DNA from: a virus
Direction: 5' to 3' (one strand)
IMG/VR virus record: IMGVR_UViG_3300045988_167653
Coordinates: 1 to 44,112 of that record
DNA length: 44,112 bases
Shown: positions 30,272-38,746 of the stretch, piece by piece
Position numbering within the stretch: position 1 is the first letter of the stretch
How the letters are laid out: the number at the start of each line of letters is the position of its first letter
The notes under the pieces: generated by a model
Database searches by the model: none
Told to the model about the DNA's origin: nothing
What the model saw: only the letters and a program-made list of their open reading frames with translations
Translations under genes and position numbers: made by a program

Positions 30272-30481
30272 TTAAACTTCCCAGCGATGACCGCAATTTT
30301 GGCAAATAGCATATTGTTTGGTTTTACTACCTTTCTTTATAAGTAAAGGAAAGAGAAGTGCGACACCGCAAGTAAAGAAACCGAGAATGAGCCAAAGGCA
30401 AACGCCGAGAACTCCGCGCTTTTTCTGTTCGGCAACAACCTGAACTTTTACATCATCACTTTTGCAATTCGGGCAAATCAT
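30272..30481 (-). CDS. Zinc-ribbon membrane protein (CPNC...CQNC flanking two TM helices)
   Basis: 69 aa ORF with an AGGAGA SD. Confidence 0.7.
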   Translation of the reverse strand: MICPNCKSDDVKVQVVAEQKKRGVLGVCLWLILGFFTCGVALLFPLLIKKGSKTKQYAICQNCGHRWEV

Positions 30482-30517
30482 AACAAATCTCCTAATTTGG
30501 TTTTATTTATAAGAAAA

Positions 30518-30545
30518 TACTACCATAGACCACCTATAAAGTCAA
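30518..30545 (-). promoter_or_regulatory. Sigma70-type leftward promoter
   Basis: Minus strand reads TTGACT (30545-30540), 16 nt, then TAGTAT (30523-30518). Confidence 0.55.
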
Positions 30546-30574
30546 GAAAAAAAAGTATAAAAAACATTATGAAA

Positions 30575-30617
30575 GTGGTCGTAAGTGGTTGACAATCGGA
30601 TAGACAAGTGGTATAAT
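30575..30617 (+). promoter_or_regulatory. Sigma70-type rightward early promoter (P6) with upstream GTGG-N6-GTGG
   Basis: GTGG at 30575 and 30585 abuts TTGACA (30589-30594). The 17-nt spacer ends in GTGG (30608-30611), followed by TATAAT 30612-30617. Confidence 0.75.
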
Positions 30618-30639
30618 GATAAATAGTTGGAGGTTAGAA

Positions 30640-30810
30640 ATGAAAAACTCGAAAGAAAAACAAGAAACGAAAAGAAGTATCAAAATCAGCGAAAGCACTC
30701 ATACCAAAATGAGTAATATTAAGATGTACTATGGAATACCATTTACAAAACAAGTGGATATTGCCATTAAAGACTATTACGACAAAGCAATAAAAGGGCA
30801 ACTGCAATGA
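30640..30810 (+). CDS. Small DNA-binding protein, ribbon-helix-helix-like (putative)
   Basis: 56 aa from the ATG at 30640 (GGAGG SD). KRSIKISESTHTKMSNIK resembles an RHH N-terminal strand-helix. Confidence 0.5.
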   Translation: MKNSKEKQETKRSIKISESTHTKMSNIKMYYGIPFTKQVDIAIKDYYDKAIKGQLQ

Positions 30811-31049
30811 AACGGTTTTATGCTTTTGAGAAAGATAAGCCGCAGAGTTGTAAAGAATGTAATTGTCATAAGTATGTACACGAATTAAAGCCTTGTGATG
30901 TGTGTTGTTCGGTAGTAACGAAATATGCGTGCCTTTTGGACGGTCATTATGATTTTGTGAGTTTTGAAAACACTTATGAAAAATGCCCGATAAAATCACT
31001 CGACAAGGTAATTAAAAAACTTATAAAGGAGAAGAAAAATGTTACTTGA
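30807..31049 (+). CDS. Cys-rich small protein
   Basis: 80 aa with an ATGA overlap to the previous gene. Multiple CxxC-like pairs. Confidence 0.55.
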   Translation: MKRFYAFEKDKPQSCKECNCHKYVHELKPCDVCCSVVTKYACLLDGHYDFVSFENTYEKCPIKSLDKVIKKLIKEKKNVT

Positions 31050-31137
31050 CTGGTTGTTTGGCAGCAAAGATAGCGAAGTCGAAAGAGCGGACGACGAAGT
31101 TTCAATTTTTGAAGATGACGATGACGACGAACTTTGA
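31039..31137 (+). CDS. Acidic micro-protein, 32 aa
   Basis: Hand translation: MLLDWLFGSKDSEVERADDEVSIFEDDDDDEL. An AAAGGAGAAG SD lies 8 nt upstream. Confidence 0.4.
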   Translation: MLLDWLFGSKDSEVERADDEVSIFEDDDDDEL

Positions 31138-31711
31138 CGAAGAAACCCACAAATATACAATAGACGGCATAGAATATCCGAGTGTAACCGAAATTTGCGA
31201 GCCGATTTCTTTCAAGCGATTAGACGCATTATCCAAAAGTTTGCTTGACAGGGCAAAACAACGCGGCACGGAAGTCCACGAACTTTGTGAAACTTATGCG
31301 CTTACAGGCGAAGTCGATGACGAAATGCAGGAAAGCCCATATTTGCCCTATATCGCAAGTTTTGTCGAATGGTATAAAACTTATCGACCAAAAGTGATTT
31401 ACACGGAAAAGGCACTGTTTTCGGCGAAATTAGGGTATTGCGGGAAGTGCGACCTTGTTTGCAAGATTGACGGAAAGATTTTTTTGATTGATTACAAAGC
31501 AACAAGTGTGATTGACAAGAAGTCGTTGTCGGTGCAGTTGGTCGGGTACAAAAACTTACTTGCCGAGTACGGCATAAACACCGAGTGCGAATATGTATTG
31601 CACTTAAAAAAAGACGGATATGTTTTCAAGCCGATAAAACTCGATTATGAGTGGTTTGATATTTTACTTAAACACAATAAAAAATTAAAGGAGAAATATA
31701 ATGGAAAATGA
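31115..31711 (+). CDS. PD-(D/E)XK family exonuclease (RecB/Cas4-like fold, no Cys cluster)
   Basis: 198 aa from the ATG at 31115. Contains GTEVHE...GKCDLVCKIDGKIFLIDYKA (D...D/E-x-K motif). Lies adjacent to the annealing-protein candidate. Confidence 0.6.
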   Translation: MTMTTNFDEETHKYTIDGIEYPSVTEICEPISFKRLDALSKSLLDRAKQRGTEVHELCETYALTGEVDDEMQESPYLPYIASFVEWYKTYRPKVIYTEKALFSAKLGYCGKCDLVCKIDGKIFLIDYKATSVIDKKSLSVQLVGYKNLLAEYGINTECEYVLHLKKDGYVFKPIKLDYEWFDILLKHNKKLKEKYNGK

Positions 31712-32396
31712 CATTATTGTTTATGAAGCACCACAAGTTGATATTAAGTCGTATCGTTCCGATTATTTGGTTTCGATTAACGATAAGCAAGCAAGCCTTA
31801 AAAGAGATGTTGATTTTGGCAAGATAACCCGCAAAGACGGCTCTGCAATCACCAAACGTCCGTGTTTATATAAGGCGGGCGCACACAAAATCTTAACATT
31901 ATTCGGTTTGAGATATACCACCGAAATGGTTAAAGAAGTTGCCGATTTTGAAAAAGGATATTTTTATTATGTTTTCAAGTGTACGGCATATTATGGCGAT
32001 ATGGCAGTAAGGACGGGTTGGGGCTGTGCAAACACGAACGAGAAATCAAGCGGTTTTGCAAGTGCGTATGATGTGGCAAACACGAAACTTAAACTTGCAG
32101 AGAAAAGAGCCGAAGTTGACCTTGCAATTAAACTTGCCGACGCAAGCGGTTGGTTTACACAAGATATTGATGACGAAGATAACGAGCAAAGAGCAAAGGA
32201 AATCTTGTCTGACAACGACCCGATAACCCCGAAACAAATCAAGAGAATTTTTGCGATTGCGGCGAACAATGAGATTACGGCGGAGAAAGCAAAGCAACTT
32301 CTTGTGAGCAAGGGCTATGCGTCCACAAAAGACATCAAGCAAAAAGACTATGACGAAGTTGTTGAATATTTTGAAAAATACAATGAAAACAAATAA
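31701..32396 (+). CDS. Single-strand annealing / recombination protein, putative
   Basis: 231 aa between the exonuclease and the SSB-tip protein. Contains a KAGAHKILTLFGL motif and an acidic segment (DIDDEDNEQ). Family not resolved. Confidence 0.4.
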   Translation: MENDIIVYEAPQVDIKSYRSDYLVSINDKQASLKRDVDFGKITRKDGSAITKRPCLYKAGAHKILTLFGLRYTTEMVKEVADFEKGYFYYVFKCTAYYGDMAVRTGWGCANTNEKSSGFASAYDVANTKLKLAEKRAEVDLAIKLADASGWFTQDIDDEDNEQRAKEILSDNDPITPKQIKRIFAIAANNEITAEKAKQLLVSKGYASTKDIKQKDYDEVVEYFEKYNENK

Positions 32397-32408
32397 GGAG
32401 AAACATAT

Positions 32409-32810
32409 ATGATTTATCTTGTAGAGAAAGGCGAAAACAAAAGTAAGTATGAAATCCGTAAAGCAAAGTACATTGAGAGTTGCAAGTGCAATAAACTCAA
32501 CATACAATACAAAGACAAAGTAACAAACGCTTATGAAGAAGCGACAATCACGATTTGGGGCGAGCAGTTGGCGATTACTCCGCATAATTGGGAAAATAAG
32601 ACCAAAGGCGACGAAATCCAAATCAACAAGGTGTCGGCAATCGGGCTTAACCCCGAATACAAAGGCAAGAGAACTCTTAACATTACAGTTCCGTCCGACG
32701 GTTTTTCGCTCATAAGAGCAAACACAGATAATATCATTTACGGCAACACCGCAACAACCTCTACCGCACCGCAATCTTTTAGCGGAATGGACGAATATTT
32801 ACCTTTTTAA
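32409..32810 (+). CDS. ssDNA-binding-like protein with SSB C-terminal tip
   Basis: 133 aa ending in MDEYLPF, which resembles the SSB acidic tip D-D-D-I-P-F. The N-terminal part is not a canonical SSB sequence. Confidence 0.45.
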   Translation: MIYLVEKGENKSKYEIRKAKYIESCKCNKLNIQYKDKVTNAYEEATITIWGEQLAITPHNWENKTKGDEIQINKVSAIGLNPEYKGKRTLNITVPSDGFSLIRANTDNIIYGNTATTSTAPQSFSGMDEYLPF

Positions 32811-32817
32811 GTGAATA

Positions 32818-33270
32818 ATGGATAAGTTTGTTATTATATCGGACACAAGACAGCAAGAGGGAAAGCACGAAGCAAAACTTGCATATTTTAAGGCACAAGG
32901 TTATAAAGTAGTAAGGACGAAACTTTTTGTCGGCGACTATGCCCGACTTGATAACCAAACGATAGCCATTGACACGAAGAAAGATTTTTTGGAACTCTGC
33001 GGAAACGTCTGCGGAAACCAACACGAAAGGTTTAGGGACGAGTGCAAGCGGGCGAAAGAGTGCGGAATACAACTTATAATTTTAATTGAAGAAATACCAC
33101 CGCACGGAAATTTGTCTGAATGGCACTCCCCCCGAACGAAAGTCAAAGGGGAAACCCTTGCAAAGTGTTTGCGAACAATGCAAGAGCGATACGGTGTTAA
33201 GTTTGGCTTTTGCGACAAGGCAAGCACGGGAAAAATCATTATAAACATACTTAAAGGAGTAGATAAATGA
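32818..33270 (+). CDS. ERCC4-type (XPF/Mus81-like) nuclease, putative junction resolvase
   Basis: 150 aa. ISDTRQ...VGDY...IAIDTKKDFLEL...QLIILIEE matches the ERCC4 pattern DxRE...GDY...ERKxxxD...lliE. Confidence 0.55.
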   Translation: MDKFVIISDTRQQEGKHEAKLAYFKAQGYKVVRTKLFVGDYARLDNQTIAIDTKKDFLELCGNVCGNQHERFRDECKRAKECGIQLIILIEEIPPHGNLSEWHSPRTKVKGETLAKCLRTMQERYGVKFGFCDKASTGKIIINILKGVDK

Positions 33271-33566
33271 AAGTACGACAAGTGGCGGAACTCGTTAAAG
33301 AGATTTTGGAACAGAAACCGAGAGCAAGGGACTGCGATTTTGTCCTTTATGGGTTTGTTCTTAATAAGTACGGGTATTCAATCAATATCCCGTTTGGTGA
33401 ACTTGCGGAAAGAGTAAAGGCGAAAGAACTGCCGAGTATGGAAACGGTCGGGCGCACAAGGCGCAAATGTATGGAACTTTACCCGTCATTGCGTGGTAAG
33501 TCTTATGAGCCGAGAGAAGAAAGACAACTTGAATTTGTCGATTTTGCAAAGGACGGAAGTATATGA
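33267..33566 (+). CDS. Hypothetical protein
   Basis: 99 aa with an AAAGGAGT SD. Confidence 0.6.
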   Translation: MKVRQVAELVKEILEQKPRARDCDFVLYGFVLNKYGYSINIPFGELAERVKAKELPSMETVGRTRRKCMELYPSLRGKSYEPREERQLEFVDFAKDGSI

Positions 33567-33850
33567 AACCCGAAGATTTTATTAAAGAGCAGGAAAAACA
33601 AACAAAAGCGGCGTTGGATTTAGGCACATTATTTGCACTTTTTGCGATAGTTGGGCTTATACTCGACATCGTGCTTGCCACAAAACACGCAAGTTCGGCT
33701 GTGGAAATCGCAAGTTATGTAATTATAGGAATAATATTAGTGCTTGTCGCTTTTTCGTCATTAGCGGCGGTTAGGTCAGCAAAAGCCGATATGAGAACAC
33801 TTAAAGCACTTAAAAAGGCGGTGGAAGAATATGACAAGCAAGCAGAATGA
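33563..33850 (+). CDS. Two-TM membrane protein
   Basis: 95 aa with an ATGA overlap. Has two hydrophobic helices. Confidence 0.55.
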   Translation: MKPEDFIKEQEKQTKAALDLGTLFALFAIVGLILDIVLATKHASSAVEIASYVIIGIILVLVAFSSLAAVRSAKADMRTLKALKKAVEEYDKQAE

Positions 33851-34004
33851 GAAATTACAAGACCTTGTATGTGCAATGATATATAATTGGTTTGGGCTAA
33901 ACATAGGCGAACTTGCCAAAATAGCAAAACCCTCAAAGCGTACTTACATCAATTTCGACGAAATACAAAGGCTTTGCCGAGAAATAGGAGAAGAAAATGA
34001 TTAG
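33831..34004 (+). CDS. Hypothetical small protein, HTH-like, 57 aa
   Basis: Hand translation: MTSKQNEKLQDLVCAMIYNWFGLNIGELAKIAKPSKRTYINFDEIQRLCREIGEEND, TAG 34002-34004. Confidence 0.45.
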   Translation: MTSKQNEKLQDLVCAMIYNWFGLNIGELAKIAKPSKRTYINFDEIQRLCREIGEEND

Positions 34005-34344
34005 TTTATTCAATGAAGATATAATGGCGTTGCGGATTTATACAAGAGCGGTAAAACCCGCCGAAAACGAGTTTATCACCTATCCCGACACGATATGGAA
34101 GAAGATACTTGTATTATATGAAGAAAAGACACCGAACTTTAAGGACACCGTTTTTTCTATTATAGAGTATGAGTTTGAAAACGATAACCATACCGTTTAT
34201 GAAAATAGGACAAAACTTGAAAACCTAACCGATTATATGGACAAGTGCAACAATGCCATTGACGACGGCTTTGAGGAAGTCGAAATTCGCCACTTGCAGG
34301 ACAAACTTGCAGAAGCGTGGTACGGCAAAGAACCAAAGGAATAA
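33997..34344 (+). CDS. Hypothetical protein
   Basis: 115 aa with an AGGAGAAG SD. Confidence 0.6.
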   Translation: MISLFNEDIMALRIYTRAVKPAENEFITYPDTIWKKILVLYEEKTPNFKDTVFSIIEYEFENDNHTVYENRTKLENLTDYMDKCNNAIDDGFEEVEIRHLQDKLAEAWYGKEPKE

Positions 34345-34347
34345 TAT

Positions 34348-35013
34348 ATGTTAGATATTATACAAGATATTGACGAGAATGGCGAACCCGTCCAAATGGA
34401 CGAAATCGACTATAAGATAGACAAAATCAAAAAAGGCACAAGCGAAATGTTTTCAAGGCTTATTGCTGAAAAAACCGCAAACGAAGCCCGCTCTAAACCG
34501 CTTACGGCAAAATACGGCTATCGCCTTGCGACGAAAATTACGGCAGTTATCCACCAACTCGGACTTAAAGACACCGACCATATTATTAGTCTAAATAATG
34601 ACGATATAAGGGGCTATTTCAACGCCTATTCCGACCTTATCGCATTTTACAACGAATACTTTGACTTTCCTGCCAACAAGCAAGATTTTTGCGCCCTAAT
34701 CGGCATAACGGTAAAAGTTTACAATTCGTGGGCGGAAGATGACGATGACGAACGACGGCTGTTGGTGCAATCAATCGACGACTATTTCAACTCACTCGGC
34801 TTTCACGCGGGCGAAGTCGGGAATGTCAACGACAAGGCAACAATGGCGCGAATGAAAATCAAGGACGCGGGGCAAGGGCTTGTGGAAAACAACTTTTCGG
34901 CAACAATCTCGGTTGAAAATAAACTCAATCAAAGTCCGCTTGAACTCCAAAAGCAACTTGAAAGGCTACTCGGCGCAAGTATGACGGCGGAACAAAAAAA
35001 ATTAAAACAATAA
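34348..35013 (+). CDS. Terminase small subunit-like protein (putative)
   Basis: 221 aa. The segment DFCALIGITVKVYNSWAEDDD...GNVNDKATMARMKIKD resembles the HTH plus oligomerisation core of some TerS families. It is not adjacent to terL. Confidence 0.4.
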   Translation: MLDIIQDIDENGEPVQMDEIDYKIDKIKKGTSEMFSRLIAEKTANEARSKPLTAKYGYRLATKITAVIHQLGLKDTDHIISLNNDDIRGYFNAYSDLIAFYNEYFDFPANKQDFCALIGITVKVYNSWAEDDDDERRLLVQSIDDYFNSLGFHAGEVGNVNDKATMARMKIKDAGQGLVENNFSATISVENKLNQSPLELQKQLERLLGASMTAEQKKLKQ

Positions 35014-35024
35014 AATAAAAATGC

Positions 35025-35053
35025 TTGACAACCGCCTCAATAGCGTGTATCAT
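35025..35053 (+). promoter_or_regulatory. Sigma70-type promoter (P7)
   Basis: TTGACA 35025-35030, 17-nt spacer ending in GTG, then TATCAT 35048-35053. Confidence 0.6.
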
Positions 35054-35083
35054 TAAGATATACCAAACGAGGTGGTTTTATTT

Positions 35084-35695
35084 ATGAAACAAATAGAAAG
35101 ACACGGATTAAGGCAATCACAATTATATAAAGTATGGGCGGGCATTAAAGATAGAACAACAAGAGGAAATCATCAAAATAAAAATAATTATAGTAGGCTA
35201 AATATTAAAATGTGCGAAGAATGGCAAAATTCATTTCAAGCCTTTTATGATTGGGCTATTAAAAATGGATATAAGTATGAAAAATTAGCAAATGGTAAGA
35301 ACAAATACTCCATTGATAGAATAGATACTTATGGGGATTATTGCCCAGAAAATTGCAGGTGGGCAACCATTGAGGAACAACAAAACAACACAACAAGGAA
35401 TAGGATTATTGAGTATAATGGAGAAAAGCACACGCTTTCCCAGTGGTGTAAAAAACTTAATATAGACTATTATGTTGTAAATCAAAGGCTACATTACGGG
35501 TGGGAAGTCAAAAGGGCTTTTGAAGAAAGCAACGATAGGAAATCATATTTTGTTTACAATGGTAGGGTGCTTTCAAAGAAAGACATAGCAAAAGAAACGG
35601 GGCTTTCAATATCAAATATAGAGAATAGAATACATAGGGGTTGGGACATAGAAAGGATAATGACACAACCCGCAAGAAAGTTTAAGGAGAAGTAA
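35084..35695 (+). CDS. AP2/HNH-associated-type DNA-binding protein (homing-endonuclease-like accessory)
   Basis: 203 aa from the ATG at 35084. Contains LYKVWAGIKDRT...CEEWQNSFQAFYDWA...IDRIDTYGDYCPENCRWAT..EQQNN plus two GW-containing HTH-like repeats. No clear HNH catalytic motif seen. Confidence 0.5.
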   Translation: MKQIERHGLRQSQLYKVWAGIKDRTTRGNHQNKNNYSRLNIKMCEEWQNSFQAFYDWAIKNGYKYEKLANGKNKYSIDRIDTYGDYCPENCRWATIEEQQNNTTRNRIIEYNGEKHTLSQWCKKLNIDYYVVNQRLHYGWEVKRAFEESNDRKSYFVYNGRVLSKKDIAKETGLSISNIENRIHRGWDIERIMTQPARKFKEK

Positions 35696-35696
35696 G

Positions 35697-36323
35697 ATGT
35701 GCAAAATTTATGGATATGCCAGAGTTTCAACAAGTGAGCGTTCGGCAAAACAAGACTACGAAAGACAAAAATACTTGTTTGAGAAAAGCGGTATAATGTT
35801 TGATAAAATGTTTGAAGAACATATAAGTGGCGGGGTAAAGGGAAATCAAAGAGAGCAATTTAACAAAATGCTTGATATATTAGAGCCTGACGATATTGTT
35901 TGTTTTAGCGAAACATCACGATTTGGAAGAAACTATATTGACTGCTTTGAAATGATAGACCTTATTACCCAAACAAAAAAAGCAACGGTTAAGTTTTTAA
36001 GCAACAATATAGAATTAAAGGGCGGGGAAAAAATGAACCCTTACACGTGGTTGACCGTAAGCAACTTCTTTATAATGGACGAGTTTCTTAAAAGACAAAT
36101 AGGGTACAACACGTCAAACGCTCTTAAAGCCCGAAAAGCGGCGGGAGTGGCACTTGGGCGCAAGAAAAGCGACAACTATGATGAGCAAGTCGCCGAGATT
36201 GAAAAGTGCCTTAAAAACGGATATACGGCGCGAGAGATATGGGAAAACCGAGAAGAACTTGGAATAACCTATGGTCGCTCCCGTGTCTATGAATTAGTAA
36301 AAAACATTGGAGGTAATAAATGA
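35697..36323 (+). CDS. Small serine recombinase (resolvase/invertase family)
   Basis: 208 aa. Contains IYGYARVSTSERS (catalytic Ser), SRFGRN, GVALGRKK and a C-terminal HTH (GYTAREIWENREELGITYGRSRVYELV). Confidence 0.85.
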   Translation: MCKIYGYARVSTSERSAKQDYERQKYLFEKSGIMFDKMFEEHISGGVKGNQREQFNKMLDILEPDDIVCFSETSRFGRNYIDCFEMIDLITQTKKATVKFLSNNIELKGGEKMNPYTWLTVSNFFIMDEFLKRQIGYNTSNALKARKAAGVALGRKKSDNYDEQVAEIEKCLKNGYTAREIWENREELGITYGRSRVYELVKNIGGNK

Positions 36324-36508
36324 AAACAACAAGCGAACTTATGGCAACGATTGCCGAGTGCCACGCAAAAGTTTCGCCTATGATAGCGGACGAGCAATGG
36401 GTGGACAGCGACGGCAACATTTATCAAATTGACAGGTCGCCCACAAATTGGGCAGCGGTCGTTAAGGCAAACAAATTAAAGAAGAAAAGGAGAAAAAGAA
36501 AATGGTAA
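36320..36508 (+). CDS. Hypothetical small protein with basic C-terminus
   Basis: 62 aa with an ATGA overlap and a GGAGG SD. Confidence 0.55.
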   Translation: MKTTSELMATIAECHAKVSPMIADEQWVDSDGNIYQIDRSPTNWAAVVKANKLKKKRRKRKW

Positions 36509-36837
36509 GGAGTACAATATTAACAGACGCGTTCAGTGAGTATAATGGCGACTGCGAAAAGGTGGAACGCCTTGAAGCGATTGAGGACGCAATCGGCGAG
36601 ATTGAAGAATTGGGCTTTGAAACCTACGCAGGGCGCACCCTTGCGAAACTCAAAGAAATGAGAGAGTACTGCAAGGAAGATATTAAGGAAGAAGCCGAAT
36701 TTGAGGGTGTCTGCCCTTATTGCGGAGCGGACTTGGACTACGACGACAGAAGTGACGAATATGTGTGCCACGAATGTGGCTACAACGGCGGATATGTACC
36801 CGACGAAGATAAAATCGACGAAATTTTAAGGAGTTAA
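36502..36837 (+). CDS. Zinc-ribbon protein
   Basis: 111 aa. Contains CPYCGADLDYDDRSDEYVCHECG. Confidence 0.6.
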   Translation: MVRSTILTDAFSEYNGDCEKVERLEAIEDAIGEIEELGFETYAGRTLAKLKEMREYCKEDIKEEAEFEGVCPYCGADLDYDDRSDEYVCHECGYNGGYVPDEDKIDEILRS

Positions 36838-36841
36838 GAAA

Positions 36842-37150
36842 ATGACACAAGATTGGCTTAAAAACTTAAAAGCAGACGACTATGTTTTTATTAGTAGTCG
36901 TAGAGGAAAGAGATTAACAAGAGTACAAAGAATAACTCCGACAGGGCGTGTTATTGTGGATAACATTCAATTTATTGACGGAGTAAATCGCTCGGATAAA
37001 TGGGATATAATGACGTTGGAAGAAGCAACAACAGAAGCCGTTGAAAAATACAAAGCAATACAATTTATCCGCGCCGTAAAATTGGCGATGAACAACACAA
37101 AAATTACCTACAAACAAGCACAAGAAATCAACAAAATCTTGAACTGTTAA
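36842..37150 (+). CDS. Hypothetical protein
   Basis: 102 aa with an AAGGAGT SD. Confidence 0.6.
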   Translation: MTQDWLKNLKADDYVFISSRRGKRLTRVQRITPTGRVIVDNIQFIDGVNRSDKWDIMTLEEATTEAVEKYKAIQFIRAVKLAMNNTKITYKQAQEINKILNC

Positions 37151-37163
37151 AGGAGTACGAAAA

Positions 37164-37541
37164 ATGACTGAAAAAGAACAAATTAAAGAAATGAGAAAAG
37201 AAATCGAGAACGGGTTTCGGAAAGCAGATTGCAGACAACCTTACACGAACGAACCGTATCCTTATTTTGAAACGCAAAAGACCGCAATCGCAGAAGCCTT
37301 GTACAACGCGGGTTATCGAAAAGTTCTGTTTAATACGGAAAACGGCAAAGCAGTTGATGTTTGTCAATACGCTCCGTGGAAGTTGGTAGAGGGATATACA
37401 GAAAGAGAAATCGGGAAAGCGCGCAAGGAAACGGCAAAAGAGATTTTGCAAGAATGGGCAGACGATAACAGTAGTATGGGGCTTGATAATACATTTGTAA
37501 AGAATATCGCTAAAAAATACGGCGTAGAGGTAGAAGAATGA
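37164..37541 (+). CDS. Hypothetical protein
   Basis: 125 aa with an AAAGGAGT SD. Confidence 0.6.
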   Translation: MTEKEQIKEMRKEIENGFRKADCRQPYTNEPYPYFETQKTAIAEALYNAGYRKVLFNTENGKAVDVCQYAPWKLVEGYTEREIGKARKETAKEILQEWADDNSSMGLDNTFVKNIAKKYGVEVEE

Positions 37542-38173
37542 CAGAATATCAAAAAATTGAAACATTGTACAAGTTCGACAATGCAACAAAGACTTACCGC
37601 AAGGAGTTTTTCAATCCGTATGTGGACTATTTGAAAGACAACGAGTGGATTGCGTCAGAGAAAATCGACGGCACGAATGTTCAAGTCGAGTATGACGGTC
37701 ATCGAGTTGCGTTCCACGGCAGAACCGAGCGCACAAATTTCCCGAAAGAGGTTCTCGCTGCGCTCACGGAAAAGTTTGCGGATAGCGAGGTCGTATTCGA
37801 GCAAATGTTTGGCGACAAACCCGTGATTTTGTTTATGGAGTGCTACGGCGGTAAAATTCAAGGCGGTCTATACGGCGGGCAAGAGAGGCTCAGCGGCTTT
37901 GATGTTATGGTCAACGGCACATACCTCGACAAACTCACAATTAAAGAAATCTTCGACAAGTTCGGTGTAGAAACAGTCGAGTTTTTCAAAGTGAACGGCA
38001 TTGACGAGGCGTTGAAAATCGTCAGTAGCAATCCGTTAAGCCCGCACTGCGAAAAAGGAACGACAAGGCAAGAAGGACTGGTATGCGTACCGACGGTCAG
38101 AATTTACGACCATCAAGGCAAGCGCATTATCGTCAAAATTAAAGAACGTGACTTGTTGAAAGTGACGGAGTGA
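37538..38173 (+). CDS. ATP-dependent RNA ligase-like nucleotidyltransferase
   Basis: 211 aa. Motif I is EKIDGTN. FMECYG, FDV and EGLVCVP...VKIK fit motifs III, IV and V of the compact RNA-ligase family. Confidence 0.7.
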   Translation: MTEYQKIETLYKFDNATKTYRKEFFNPYVDYLKDNEWIASEKIDGTNVQVEYDGHRVAFHGRTERTNFPKEVLAALTEKFADSEVVFEQMFGDKPVILFMECYGGKIQGGLYGGQERLSGFDVMVNGTYLDKLTIKEIFDKFGVETVEFFKVNGIDEALKIVSSNPLSPHCEKGTTRQEGLVCVPTVRIYDHQGKRIIVKIKERDLLKVTE

Positions 38174-38185
38174 GGAGAAAACAAA

Positions 38186-38746
38186 ATGAAATCAGTTTTA
38201 ATATCAATTAAGCCGAAATGGTGTGAGAAAATCGCAAGTGGCGAAAAGACAATCGAGGTGCGAAAATCAGCACCACAAGAAGTGCCGTTTAAGGCTTATA
38301 TTTACGAAACGCAAGGAAGAACGGAAACGCCGTGGATAGACGAGGACGGACATTTTATTTACAAAGGTCGGGGGCAAGTAATTGGCGAATTTATCTGCGA
38401 TAAGGTCTATCCGATAAAAAATCAAGGTAGTAGTTTTGTTGTCGCAAACGAAGAACAAGGCGTAACGAACGAAATTGCTGGACAAAGTTGTCTTTATTAT
38501 GACGATATGGTTAGTTATTTTGGCGACAAAGACGGTTACGGCTGGCATATCAGCGAATTAAAGATTTACGACAAACCGAGAGAGTTGAGCGAGTTTGGAC
38601 AAAAATGCGATAATGCAAACGAGATACGTTGTAGGGATTGTCTATTGTTTGAAGAATGGGATAATTGTTGCTCGATTATGTGTAAGCCACTTACTCGTCC
38701 GCCCCAAAGTTGGCAATACGTTGAAGATTTAGGAGAAGAAAAATGA
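38186..38746 (+). CDS. ASCH (PUA-like) domain protein
   Basis: 186 aa. The N-terminus ISIKPKWCEKIASGEKTIEVRK is the typical ASCH start. Confidence 0.6.
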   Translation: MKSVLISIKPKWCEKIASGEKTIEVRKSAPQEVPFKAYIYETQGRTETPWIDEDGHFIYKGRGQVIGEFICDKVYPIKNQGSSFVVANEEQGVTNEIAGQSCLYYDDMVSYFGDKDGYGWHISELKIYDKPRELSEFGQKCDNANEIRCRDCLLFEEWDNCCSIMCKPLTRPPQSWQYVEDLGEEK

